DNA from: Verrucomicrobiota bacterium
Lineage (GTDB): Bacteria; Verrucomicrobiota; Verrucomicrobiia; Limisphaerales; CANJSG01
Assembly: GCA_043775315.1 (NCBI GenBank)
Contig: JAYVSO010000069.1
Span: 748 to 64,747, forward strand
Length of the DNA: 64,000 bases
Direction: 5' to 3'
Below the pieces are notes generated by a model. That model had not been told where the DNA came from. It made no database searches and saw nothing but the letters and a program-made list of their open reading frames with translations. Numbering within the stretch: the stretch's first letter is position 1; each line of letters begins with the position of its first letter. Shown piece after piece: positions 50,430-59,933 of the stretch. Both the position numbers and the translations under genes were made by a program.

Positions 50430-51863
50430 ATGAGAATCCCCACGCAGCCGCTGCGTCTCGCCGCACTTGCCGTTGCGGCCGCCGCCCTGACCGGCTGCCA
50501 GACCTACGAGCAAAAGACCTCGGACACCAAGAACCTTTGGAAGAGCGGAAACTACGCCGCCGCCGCCACTGACTTCACCCAGAAGGCCGACAAGGCCAAG
50601 GCCGGCAAGGACGGCCTCATCTACCGCCTCGAACAGGCCACGGCCCTTCGTGCGGCCGGCAAGATTCCTGAAAGCATCGAGGCCTTCCAACAGGCGGACG
50701 ACGCAATCAACGCCTACGACGAGAGGGCCAAGACCAGCGTCGCCAACGAGACCGGCGCGATCCTTTCAAACCAGGCGAACCTCCCCTACACCGGCCGTGA
50801 CTACGACAAGGTCATGGTCAACACCTACAAGGCGTTGAACTACCTCCATCTCGGCCAGTCTGAAAAGGCCCGCCCCGAGATCATCCGTGCCTTCCAGCGC
50901 CAGCAGGACGCCGTGGAAAACAACAAGAAGCGCATCGAGAAGGAGGAGGAGGAGATCAAGAAGGCCGGCGACGAGAAGAAGAACGAAAGCCGGAGCGTCG
51001 AGCAGGCGAAGGCGGACCCGAAGGTCGGCGGGCTTCTCAAGGACAACTACACCGCGCTCGACACCCTCAAGGCCTACGCCGACTACGTGAACCCCTTCCC
51101 CGTCTACCTCGACGGCGTCTACTTCCTCACGTTCGCGGCCGGCGGCAGCGACCTGGAACGGGCGCGAAAATCCTTTGAGCGCGTGAAGGGGCTGTCGGGC
51201 GAGAACAAATACATCAACGCCGATCTGGCCGTGGCCGAGAAGGCCGCCAATGGCGAACCCGTGGCTCCCCGCACCTACGTCGTCTTCGAGACCGGCAGCG
51301 CCCCGTCGCGCGACCAGTTCCGCCTCGACATCCCCGTCTTCTTCATCGGTTCGGGGCGTGTGCCCTATGTCGGCGCGGCCTTCCCGAAACTCGTCTTCGA
51401 CGCCAACTACGTCGCCGCCCTCAACGTCACCGCCGGGGGTGCGATCGAGACCACCGCGCTGCTCGCGAGCATGGACGGCGTGGTCGGCCAGGCCTTCAAG
51501 GACGAGCTGCCTTCCATCATCACCAAGACCCTCCTCTCCACCACGATCAAGGCCACCGCGTCCTACTTCGTGAACAAGGCCGCCGAGGATGCGGGCGGAG
51601 CCGTTGCCGGCCTGTTTTCCATGGTCGCCACCGCCGCCTCCCAGGCAGCGGTCAACATCGCCGACACCCGCACCTGGACGACGCTTCCCAAGGAATTCCA
51701 GTATTGCTCCTTCCCCACTCCGGCCGACAGCAAGCTCGATATCGCGGCCTCCAACGGACAGAAAACCGAAGTTGCGGTGGAACCGAATTCGACGAGTCTA
51801 GTTCTCGTCAAGTCCGTCGGCCCGGGCACTCCGCTCGTGGTCAACGTCATCAAGCTGAAATGA
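50430..51863 (+). CDS. COG3014-family lipoprotein
   Basis: LTGC lipobox, Y.G..YDKVMVNTYKALNYL, ADTRTWTTLP. Confidence 0.8.
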   Translation: MRIPTQPLRLAALAVAAAALTGCQTYEQKTSDTKNLWKSGNYAAAATDFTQKADKAKAGKDGLIYRLEQATALRAAGKIPESIEAFQQADDAINAYDERAKTSVANETGAILSNQANLPYTGRDYDKVMVNTYKALNYLHLGQSEKARPEIIRAFQRQQDAVENNKKRIEKEEEEIKKAGDEKKNESRSVEQAKADPKVGGLLKDNYTALDTLKAYADYVNPFPVYLDGVYFLTFAAGGSDLERARKSFERVKGLSGENKYINADLAVAEKAANGEPVAPRTYVVFETGSAPSRDQFRLDIPVFFIGSGRVPYVGAAFPKLVFDANYVAALNVTAGGAIETTALLASMDGVVGQAFKDELPSIITKTLLSTTIKATASYFVNKAAEDAGGAVAGLFSMVATAASQAAVNIADTRTWTTLPKEFQYCSFPTPADSKLDIAASNGQKTEVAVEPNSTSLVLVKSVGPGTPLVVNVIKLK

Positions 51864-52285
51864 AGATCCAACTCCTTCCCGTCGCCCTCTGCGCGGCCGT
51901 CATCGGCCTCGCCGGCACCGGGTGCAACACCGTCAACAGCACCGAAACCGCCCAACCCGCCTACCAGCGCAACATGGTGGCCGAGAAACGGGTGATCACC
52001 GATTCCTCCCTTGCCCGCAAGGTGCAGATCCTCGGCGTCAACGCCACCGAAGGGCCCGGCGGCTTCCTCAAGGTCCAGGCCGAGCTCCAGAACAACACCC
52101 GCAGCCTCCAGCGCTTCAGCTACAAGTGGGAGTGGTTCGACCTGACCGGCAACCTGGTCGAAGGGCCGACCACCGTGGCCGTCACCCGCCAGATCGAGGG
52201 CAAGGAAACGATGTTCATCAGCGGCATCGCGCCCAATCCCGCCGCCAAGGATTTCCGCCTGAAGCTCTACGAAAACGCCAAGTAA
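51860..52285 (+). CDS. YcfL/DUF1425 family lipoprotein
   Basis: GTGC lipobox, YKWEWFD, APNPAAKDFRLKL. Confidence 0.8.
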   Translation: MKIQLLPVALCAAVIGLAGTGCNTVNSTETAQPAYQRNMVAEKRVITDSSLARKVQILGVNATEGPGGFLKVQAELQNNTRSLQRFSYKWEWFDLTGNLVEGPTTVAVTRQIEGKETMFISGIAPNPAAKDFRLKLYENAK

Positions 52286-52304
52286 CCGAATCGAAACGAA
52301 TTCC

Positions 52305-52916
52305 ATGAACCGTATCCTCTCCACCTCCCTTGTCGCCGCCTCCTGTGCGGCGCTGTTCGCCGGATGCGCCTCGTCACCTCAGGCCACCTACGTTGATCCG
52401 TCCGGCAACCGCACCCTCAGCAACGTCGGCCAGATCAACATCCAGGACTGGAACATGGCCTCCGAGACCATGATCAATTCCCTGATCGAAAAGCAGGTCA
52501 ACCAAGGCAAGCTCAAGGCCTCCGGACCCGACGGCAAATCGATCCTCGCGATCAGCCGGATCGTCAACAGCACCGGCACCCAGATCGACACCGACATGAT
52601 CGTGAAGAAGATCCGCGTCGCCCTCCTCGGCACCGGCAAGGTCGTGGCCGACATCACCGCCGGCCTCGGCGGAGCCGAAGACCCGCTCGCGGCCGAAGCC
52701 AAACGCGAACAGGAATTCCTCGGCACCAAGAAAATCGCCGCGCGCCCCGACTACACGCTCTCAGGCAAAATCATCGAAAACCGCGCCGCGCAGGGGAACC
52801 TCCGCGAGTCCACCTACGTGTTCCAGATGTCGCTCGCCAGCAGCGACGGCCTCGCCGTGTGGGAGGAGGAGAAGACCATCAGCAAACAGGGCAAAAAGTC
52901 CGCCGTCAGCTGGTAG
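52305..52916 (+). CDS. LpoB-like (PBP activator family) lipoprotein
   Basis: FAGC lipobox, IVNSTGTQIDT, DYTLSGKI, VWEEEKTISK. Confidence 0.8.
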   Translation: MNRILSTSLVAASCAALFAGCASSPQATYVDPSGNRTLSNVGQINIQDWNMASETMINSLIEKQVNQGKLKASGPDGKSILAISRIVNSTGTQIDTDMIVKKIRVALLGTGKVVADITAGLGGAEDPLAAEAKREQEFLGTKKIAARPDYTLSGKIIENRAAQGNLRESTYVFQMSLASSDGLAVWEEEKTISKQGKKSAVSW

Positions 52917-52937
52917 GCTCCCCCGGTTCGGATTCGC

Positions 52938-52972
52938 AACGCCGCCGGAAACCCCGGCGGCGTTTTTGTTTT
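52938..52972 (+). terminator. Intrinsic terminator
   Basis: AACGCCGCCGG-loop-CCGGCGGCGTT then TTTGTTTT. Confidence 0.85.
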
Positions 52973-52997
52973 CAACGAACATCCCCTACGATCCGCC

Positions 52998-53675
52998 ATG
53001 CTTGACCGGCTGTCCGACGTGTTCCGGGTCGACTACCACAACTGGTGGCTCGTCGCGTTTTATCTCCTCCTTGCGGGTGGCTTCATCTACGGAGTCCTGC
53101 GGCCCCGCACCCGGACCGAGTGGCGTTCCCTCGGGCTGGCCCAGGCGTTCGTCGTCGCCCTCTACGCCGAGATGTATGGGCTGCCACTGACGATGTATGG
53201 CGTGGCCTGGCTGACCGGAAAGACGGAATTCGCCAGCGACCACTTCCACGGCCACGCGTGGGCGTATCTCCTCGGCTGGGATGAAACCGGCGCCGTTGTG
53301 CTGACCTTCGTCGGCAACGCCCTTGTCGCACTTGGCGGCCTCATCGCCCTGCTCGGCTGGCGGCAAGTGCATCGTGCGAGGGGCGGCCTCGTCCGTGACG
53401 GGCTTTATCGCCGCATCCGCCATCCCCAATACACGGGCTTCTTCCTCTTCCTCATCGGCAGCTTGGTCAACTGGCCGACGCTGCCCACGCTCGTGATGTT
53501 TCCCATCCTGCTCTGGGTCTACTGGCGGCTGGCCTTGGCGGAGGAGCGCGATGTCGCCAACGCCTTCAGCGATGACTACCAGCGCTATCGGAGGACGACC
53601 GGGATGTTCCTCCCACGGCGGAGTGCAAAACCTGGCCCGCTGGCTCAAGGGACGGTTCAAAGCCCGCAACCTTAA
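52998..53675 (+). CDS. Isoprenylcysteine carboxylmethyltransferase (Ste14-like) family membrane protein
   Basis: ALYAEMYG, GLYRRIRHPQYTG, LALAEE, Y..Y....GMFLP. Confidence 0.88.
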   Translation: MLDRLSDVFRVDYHNWWLVAFYLLLAGGFIYGVLRPRTRTEWRSLGLAQAFVVALYAEMYGLPLTMYGVAWLTGKTEFASDHFHGHAWAYLLGWDETGAVVLTFVGNALVALGGLIALLGWRQVHRARGGLVRDGLYRRIRHPQYTGFFLFLIGSLVNWPTLPTLVMFPILLWVYWRLALAEERDVANAFSDDYQRYRRTTGMFLPRRSAKPGPLAQGTVQSPQP

Positions 53676-53718
53676 GCTGGCTGAAGGACTTCCCCGTCCT
53701 CTAGTCTTACTCTCAGAA

Positions 53719-55605
53719 ATGCTGACGTTTTCCGGATTATCAAAAACTTTGGGTGGCAGAACCTTGTTTGAAGAAGCCTCGCTCTCCATCACCGAGGGTG
53801 AACGGATCGGACTGGTCGGGCCCAACGGCGCGGGCAAGACGACGCTGATCAAGATCCTCCTCGGCCAGGAATCGCCCGACGATGGCGACATCGCCGTCAT
53901 CCGCGGCACAAGGGTCGGATTCCTTCCGCAGGAGACCGCGCCGGCGGGCGATGAGACCGTCCTAGAAGTCGCCACCGGCGTCCTGCCCGGATCCGGCCAC
54001 GACGAACACCACATGGTCGACGGCCAGATGCTCGCGAAGGCCAAACGCATCCTCGCCGGCCTTTCGTTCCGCGAATCCGACTACGACCGCCCTAGCAAGG
54101 AGCTCTCCGGCGGCTGGGTCATGCGCGCCCATCTGGCCCGGCTGCTCGCCGACGAACCGGACCTGCTGATGCTCGACGAGCCGACGAACCATCTCGATCT
54201 GGAGACGCTCATCTGGTTCCAGGACTACCTCCTCTACTATCCCGGCGCGCTCATGGTCATTTCCCATGACCGCGAATTCCTCAACCGCCTCTGCACCCAC
54301 ACGGTCGAGATTCGCCGGTCCAAGCTGAACCGCTATACCGGCAACTACGATTCCTACCTCGTCCAATGCGCGGCCAACGAACAGACCGCCCTCGCCACCC
54401 AGAAGTCCCAGCAGCGCCGCATCGACCAGCTCCAGGAATTCGTCGACCGCTTCGGCGCGAAGAACACCAAGGCCACCCAGGCCCAGAGCAAGCTCAAGCA
54501 GATCGAGCGCATCCGCGAGGAGATGACCGACATCCCTGAGAACAACGGCCCCACCATGGCCATGACGTTCCCGCAGCCCCAGCGCAGCGGACAGAAGGTC
54601 ATCACGCTCGACGACATCCACTTCGCCTACGGCACCAACCGCATCTACGACGGCATAGAAACTCGGATCGAACGCGGTGAACGCATCGTGCTCGTCGGAC
54701 CGAACGGCGCCGGCAAATCCACCCTCCTCAAGCTGCTTGCCGGAGCCATCACGGCCCAAAAGGGCGCGCGCGAACTCGGCCACAACGTCCGCGTCGGCTA
54801 CTACGCCCAATACCGCCTCGACATGCTCGACGCCTCACGGACCGTCCTCGACGAGGCCCTCGACACCCCGCAACGAGTCACCGAACAGGCCGTCCGCACG
54901 ATCCTCGGCAGCTTCCTCTTCCGCGGCGACGACGTCTTCAAGAAGGTCAAGGTCCTCAGCGGCGGCGAGAAGAGCCGGCTGGCCCTCGTCAAACTCTTGC
55001 TCGATCCGCCCAACTTCCTCCTGATGGACGAGCCCACCACCCACCTGGACATGCCCAGCATCGACGCCCTTGTCGGCGCGCTGAAGCAATACCAGGGCAC
55101 GCTTGTCTTCATCAGCCACGACGTCCATTTCATCCGCGCCCTTGCCAACCAGGTCATCCACGTCCGTGGCGGCAAGCTCACCCGCTATCCCGGCGACTAC
55201 CAATACTACCTCGACAAGACCGCCCAGACCGAACGCGCCGGGCTCACCGCCGGCGACAAGGTCATCCAGCCCAGCAGCGGCCGGCGTGATGCCGCGCCCG
55301 TCCTGCCGCCGGCCGACCGCAAGGAAGCCAAGCGCCTCGAAACCGAAAACCGCGAAGCCCGCGCCAAACAGAAGCGCGAACTCCAGAGCCGCGTGAAGCA
55401 GCTCGAAGCCGAGATCCACAAGCTCGAAGCCCGGCAGAAGGCGATCATGACCGAACTGGAAAAGCCCGACAGCTACTCCAAGGGCGGCAACGCCACCGCG
55501 CTCAACCGCGAACTCGCCGAACTCCAGGACCGCCTCCCCGTCGCCACCGCCGAATGGGAAAAGACCGCCGCCGAACTCGCCCCCTTCGACGGCGAAACCG
55601 CCTGA
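53719..55605 (+). CDS. ABC-F family ATP-binding protein
   Basis: Two NBDs (GPNGAGKT/GPNGAGKS, LSGGW/LSGGE, DEPTNHLD/DEPTTHLD), no TM segment, C-terminal coiled coil. Confidence 0.95.
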   Translation: MLTFSGLSKTLGGRTLFEEASLSITEGERIGLVGPNGAGKTTLIKILLGQESPDDGDIAVIRGTRVGFLPQETAPAGDETVLEVATGVLPGSGHDEHHMVDGQMLAKAKRILAGLSFRESDYDRPSKELSGGWVMRAHLARLLADEPDLLMLDEPTNHLDLETLIWFQDYLLYYPGALMVISHDREFLNRLCTHTVEIRRSKLNRYTGNYDSYLVQCAANEQTALATQKSQQRRIDQLQEFVDRFGAKNTKATQAQSKLKQIERIREEMTDIPENNGPTMAMTFPQPQRSGQKVITLDDIHFAYGTNRIYDGIETRIERGERIVLVGPNGAGKSTLLKLLAGAITAQKGARELGHNVRVGYYAQYRLDMLDASRTVLDEALDTPQRVTEQAVRTILGSFLFRGDDVFKKVKVLSGGEKSRLALVKLLLDPPNFLLMDEPTTHLDMPSIDALVGALKQYQGTLVFISHDVHFIRALANQVIHVRGGKLTRYPGDYQYYLDKTAQTERAGLTAGDKVIQPSSGRRDAAPVLPPADRKEAKRLETENREARAKQKRELQSRVKQLEAEIHKLEARQKAIMTELEKPDSYSKGGNATALNRELAELQDRLPVATAEWEKTAAELAPFDGETA

Positions 55606-55704
55606 CCCCGGCGGAATGACGAAGCCCGAAGGCCAAAGGCCAATCAGCCTTCCAGCGCCGGAACTCCCGCCCCTGGTAGGGCGGCGGCGGCCATGCCATC
55701 CTCG

Positions 55705-55863
55705 GTAGGGCGACGCCTCCCGGCGAGCCGCCTTGTGGGCGTCTTCCGACAAGCCGGCTCCTCGCGGGAAACCGAACGTCTCCATCGACCGTCAGACTTT
55801 GCCGCCGTGGCCCTCTAGATTCTCGGAAGCGCACCGGCGGCTCGCCGGGAGGCTTCGCCCTAC
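55705..55863. repeat. REPIN (inverted GTAG-type REP doublet), left of RAYT
   Basis: GTAGGGCGACGCCTCCCGGCGAGCCGCC ... GGCGGCTCGCCGGGAGGCTTCGCCCTAC; a truncated GGTAGGGCG copy at 55675. Confidence 0.9.
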
Positions 55864-55873
55864 CAGCCGTGGC

Positions 55874-56338
55874 CTACGGTTGCCGGTCTTGTGGGCGGAA
55901 GATGTGCGGCCAGTCGGCGGCTTCGCGGCATAGGCCGCGACGGACGGGGTTGTTCAGGATGTAGCCGGTCTTTTCCTCCGCCTGCCAGTGGTCGCGGAGA
56001 CGGTGGTCAAAGAAGTCCTGCTGCCAGCGGACGCCAAGCGTCTTCGCAACGTAGCCTTTCCAGCGCGTGATCGCCGTCTTGAGCCCGGGCTCGGCGGGAA
56101 CCGAGATCAAAGCGTGCAAATGATCGGGCATGAGGAGCATGAGGCGGCAATGCCATTTAAGCTCGTCGTGGTAGAACTTGGCTGAATCGAGAACTGGTCG
56201 GGCAATGCCGGGCTGGCAGAGCTGGTCTTCGCCCCTGAGCGCGCAGTTGATGGTGATGAAGAAGAGGCTTCCTTCGGCGACCCACACCGGTGGCGCGTGG
56301 TTCAACCGGCTTCGCTTTGGCCGCTCATCGCCGGACAT
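55874..56338 (-). mobile_element. REP-associated tyrosine transposase (RAYT, HUH Y1 family)
   Basis: FFITIN, MPDHLH (HUH), WQQDFFDHRLR, YILNNPVRRGL...DWP; flanked by REP doublets. Confidence 0.93.
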
Positions 56339-56390
56339 GCTCCATGTTTCCCAGCCAGCCACCTGGTTCAAGCTCGCAGGCAGGGCCAAG

Positions 56391-56549
56391 GTAGGGCGAA
56401 GGCTCCTGCCGAGCTGCCTCGTGGCGACCTTGTGGCGTGCAGGTTCCTCGCGGGAAGTCGGGCATCTCCATCAGCCATCTCGCGTTGCCGCCGTAACCCT
56501 GCTGTTCCGAGGAAGCGCAGCGGCGGCTCGGCGGGAGCCTTCACCCTAC
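56391..56549. repeat. REPIN (inverted GTAG-type REP doublet), right of RAYT
   Basis: GTAGGGCGAAGGCTCCTGCCGAGCTGCC ... GGCGGCTCGGCGGGAGCCTTCACCCTAC; same length as left copy with shared spacer blocks. Confidence 0.9.
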
Positions 56550-56795
56550 CTCCTAAAAGCTTCGTTACGCTTCCACGCCATCTCAACGCCATGGAGGTTT
56601 GCCAGCCGGTAGCCGGGGCCCAGCGAATGGGACCTGCTCGGCCATTGAAAGCCAATCGCCTGCGGTCATTGCCGGAGCCGTATTTCGCTTCAACTCCGTG
56701 GCTGGATGAACCCAAACCCTTCTCGACAGCCGATTTCCCCCGTCTAGCGTCGTTTTGTGGCCGCACAAACCAATCCATGCTTAACCGCAAGCTGC

Positions 56796-56815
56796 GGCCG
56801 AATACAGTGGTAGGC
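56796..56815 (+). other. attI-like integron site (degenerate)
   Basis: GGCCGAAT-ACAGT-GGTAGGC mirrors attI1 geometry (L box, 5-bp spacer, GTTRRRY); ORF starts 3 nt later. Confidence 0.45.
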
Positions 56816-56817
56816 TG

Positions 56818-57225
56818 ATGGATACGCGCATCTCAACCTGGAATGTTTTGCACGATGGCGAGATTACCGCCGTTTCACAGGATGGCGACACGCTCACGAT
56901 GTTTGTGAGCATTCCATACCTGAGACGGCGACTCAGACCGCTCGGCGATAGTTTCGTCCTGACGTTGGCTGGAGTCAGGCGCGTTGAGTTTCGTGATTTC
57001 AGCGGAAGGACCAGCCATCTCCGAGAGGAACTTGAGATTGGCACACCGGAGATTCTGAGCACGGAGTCACAGTCCATGCCGGTCACGGTCGAAACGACGA
57101 TGGGACAGTTGATTCTCGACTTCGAGAGCATCCGATTCGCGTTAGACACCGGAGAGATCACTGACTACAGCACCATCGAAAGGGTTTGCGATGAGTATTG
57201 GACAGAGTGGGAGGGCACAGAATGA
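56818..57225 (+). CDS. Hypothetical protein, cassette-like ORF 1
   Basis: 135-aa acidic ORF (WNVLHDGEI), lower GC than flanks, no room for a promoter, followed by attC-like site. Confidence 0.75.
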   Translation: MDTRISTWNVLHDGEITAVSQDGDTLTMFVSIPYLRRRLRPLGDSFVLTLAGVRRVEFRDFSGRTSHLREELEIGTPEILSTESQSMPVTVETTMGQLILDFESIRFALDTGEITDYSTIERVCDEYWTEWEGTE

Positions 57226-57238
57226 GAAACCCGCATCG

Positions 57239-57331
57239 GCCTAAACATGCTCTCCAGCGAACTGCGGCGGGCCGTCGCGGTTGCCATCGGCGCGTCTCGT
57301 GGCCGCCGTCGCTGAGCTTGGGTCGGTAGGC
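57239..57331 (+). other. attC-like recombination site (degenerate)
   Basis: GCCTAAA...CTCCAGCGAAC ... GTCGCTGAG...GGTAGGC: imperfect hairpin with R''/L''/L'/R' boxes and unpaired extra C and A on the left arm. Confidence 0.75.
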
Positions 57332-57345
57332 GAATTCAAATCACC

Positions 57346-57555
57346 ATGAAAAAGCGATTCACGATTGGAGGAGCGATAGCCGGTCTGCTCTATGGTGTCG
57401 GCAGCATGGTTTTTGTATTCATCAAAGCGCCGGGGCATCCCGGTCTCTTCGAGTTGATTTTGCAGGCTATCGTCGTCGGAGTCCTTGTCGCCGTTGGCGC
57501 GTTGCTCGGGTTGCTGGTGGGTTGGCTGGTCAGCTTGTGCGTTCGGAAGAAATGA
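57346..57555 (+). CDS. Small two-TM membrane protein, cassette-like ORF 2
   Basis: 69 aa, two hydrophobic helices, ATG 15 nt after the attC-like core. Confidence 0.6.
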   Translation: MKKRFTIGGAIAGLLYGVGSMVFVFIKAPGHPGLFELILQAIVVGVLVAVGALLGLLVGWLVSLCVRKK

Positions 57556-57725
57556 CACCCGTCCTAGATTACAGGATCACCGGGGTATCAGGTTGGAACA
57601 AGTTTCATGTTCAGGGTTTGGCCTCATCGCAAGGTTGGCCGCTGCTTCACGCCCTTCGTAGACACACTTCACCGTTTCGGATTTTCGCCGTCGCCCTTCC
57701 TCATCGCCCGCGCTAGAACCCCCGC

Positions 57726-59933
57726 GTGTCCGACGCCTCCGCCATCCATGACCTCCTGACTCCGCTCAAGGAGGTCTTCGGCTACACGGCGTTCCGGCCG
57801 TTGCAGGAGGACATCATCCGCGATTCGCTCGCGGGCAAGGACGTCTTCGCCCTGCTGCCGACCGGCGGCGGCAAGTCGCTCTGCTTCCAGCTTCCAGCAC
57901 TCGTCCGGCCCGGCCTCACCGTCGTCATCTCGCCGCTCATCGCTTTGATGAAGGACCAGGTGGACTCGCTCAAGGCCAGCGGCGTGGCTGCGACGTTCCT
58001 CAACTCCTCGTTGTCCGACGCGGAACGCAGCGAACGTTGGCGCGGGTTGAACCGCGGCGAGTTCAAGCTCCTCTATCTCGCGCCCGAGCGCCTCATGCTC
58101 GGCTCGATGATCGACGACCTGAACCGCTGGGGCGTGGCCTGCGTGGCCGTCGACGAGGCCCATTGCATCAGCGAATGGGGCCACGATTTCCGACCGGAAT
58201 ACCGCCAGATCCGCGAGCTGCGTTCGAAGATCACCGGCGTGCCGTTCATGGCCCTGACCGCCACCGCCACCGGCCGCGTGCGCGAGGACATCGTTTCCCA
58301 ACTCCAGTTCGTGGATCCGTCGGTCTACGTCGCCAGCTTCAACCGCCCCAACCTCGGTTACCGTGTCACGCCCAAGTCGGCGGGCTACCAGCAGGTGCTG
58401 GAGTTCATCCGCGAACGGAAGAAGGACTGCGGGATCATCTATTGCGCCAGCCGCGCCGGCACGGAGTCCCTCGCGAACAAGCTCGCCGAGGACAACATCC
58501 GCGCCGTGCCGTATCACGCCGGACTCTCGAAGGAGGACCGCAGCAGGCATCAGGAACAGTTTCTCCGCGACGAAGCGCGCGTCGTCTGCGCGACGGTCGC
58601 GTTCGGCATGGGCATCAACAAACCCAACGTCCGCTACGTCATCCACTACGACCTCCCGAAGAACATCGAGGGCTACTACCAGGAGACGGGACGCGCCGGA
58701 CGCGACGGGCTTCCCGCAGATTGCCTCCTGCTCTTCAGCCCAGGCGACGTGGTGAAACAACAGCGCTTCATCGACGAGAAGCCCGATCCGGAAGAGCAGC
58801 GCATCGCCCGCGAGCAGCTCCAGACGATGGTCCACTACGCGGAATGCGCCGAGTGCCGCCGCGTCATGCTGCTCGACTATTTCGGCGAGGAGTTTCCCGA
58901 GGCGAACTGCGGCGGCTGCGACAACTGCCTTGCCCCGCGCCAGAGCTTCGACGGCACCATCGCCGCGCAGAAGCTTCTCAGCTGCATCGTCCGCATCCGG
59001 CAGAAGAGCGGATACGGATGCGGACTGAACCACGTCATCGCCGTGCTCACCGGAGGCGAAACAGAGCGCGTGCGTCAATCGGGCCACCACGAACTCAGCA
59101 CCTACGGCATCGGCAAGGAACACACGCGCAACGAATGGGGCACCATCGGCCGCGAGTTGATGCGCCTCGGACTGGTCGGCCAAAGCGCGGGACAATTCCC
59201 CACCCTGGAGATCACGCACGAAGGCGTCGCCGCGCTGAAGGACCGACGGAAGATCACGCTGACCCGACCGATGGCCGCGGCGACATCCCGCTCCGACAAG
59301 GCCGGCGAAATCACCTGCGACGAACTGCTCTTCGAAAAACTCCGCCGTCTCCGCAAGGAGCTGGCCGATGCGGCCGGTGTGCCGCCCTACATCGTCTTCG
59401 GCGACACCTCCCTCCGCCTCATGGCCAGGCTCTATCCACAGACGGAGGACGACTTCCGCCGCATCTCCGGCGTGGGCGAAACGAAGCTCAAGGCCTACGG
59501 CGCGCAGTTCATCGCCGAGGTGGAGGCGCATCTCCGCGTCCAGCCGAAGCAGCTCTTCTCCGACGAATTCCAGGAAGTCGCCGCTCCGGTCCGCGCAACC
59601 AAATCACGCGGTGAACTCCTGACCGATACGGTGCGCGATTCGCTCCGATCCTTCCGCAGCGGACTCGATGTCGCCGGCGTGGCGCGCGCGCGCGGCATCA
59701 CGGAAGGCACCGTCTCGCAGCACCTCGCCTCCGCCATCGAAGCGGGTGAAGAACTCGACCCCTCGCGGCTCTTCACCACCGAGCAGGCCGCCGAGATGCG
59801 CGCCGCCTTCGACAAGGCCGGCTGGCAGACGCTCAGCGGGGCCCATTCCGTCCTCGGAGGCCGGATCGACTACGCGACGCTCCGGCTCTTCCGGGCTTTG
59901 GAGGCCAAGTCAGGAAGCATTGCGCCAAGTTGA
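57726..59933 (+). CDS. recQ: ATP-dependent DNA helicase RecQ
   Basis: PTGGGKSLCFQ, VDEAHCISEWGHDFRPEY, QETGRAGRDG, Zn/RQC, HRDC and C-terminal HTH. Confidence 0.97.
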   Translation: MSDASAIHDLLTPLKEVFGYTAFRPLQEDIIRDSLAGKDVFALLPTGGGKSLCFQLPALVRPGLTVVISPLIALMKDQVDSLKASGVAATFLNSSLSDAERSERWRGLNRGEFKLLYLAPERLMLGSMIDDLNRWGVACVAVDEAHCISEWGHDFRPEYRQIRELRSKITGVPFMALTATATGRVREDIVSQLQFVDPSVYVASFNRPNLGYRVTPKSAGYQQVLEFIRERKKDCGIIYCASRAGTESLANKLAEDNIRAVPYHAGLSKEDRSRHQEQFLRDEARVVCATVAFGMGINKPNVRYVIHYDLPKNIEGYYQETGRAGRDGLPADCLLLFSPGDVVKQQRFIDEKPDPEEQRIAREQLQTMVHYAECAECRRVMLLDYFGEEFPEANCGGCDNCLAPRQSFDGTIAAQKLLSCIVRIRQKSGYGCGLNHVIAVLTGGETERVRQSGHHELSTYGIGKEHTRNEWGTIGRELMRLGLVGQSAGQFPTLEITHEGVAALKDRRKITLTRPMAAATSRSDKAGEITCDELLFEKLRRLRKELADAAGVPPYIVFGDTSLRLMARLYPQTEDDFRRISGVGETKLKAYGAQFIAEVEAHLRVQPKQLFSDEFQEVAAPVRATKSRGELLTDTVRDSLRSFRSGLDVAGVARARGITEGTVSQHLASAIEAGEELDPSRLFTTEQAAEMRAAFDKAGWQTLSGAHSVLGGRIDYATLRLFRALEAKSGSIAPS

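Noticed and set aside
56550-56795. Possible intI remnant upstream of the attI-like site
   Set aside because: Minus-strand translations show no tyrosine recombinase motifs.
57556-57600. Possible attC after cassette ORF 2 (GTCCTAG)
   Set aside because: No complementary right arm or GTTRRRY-like partner at a plausible distance.
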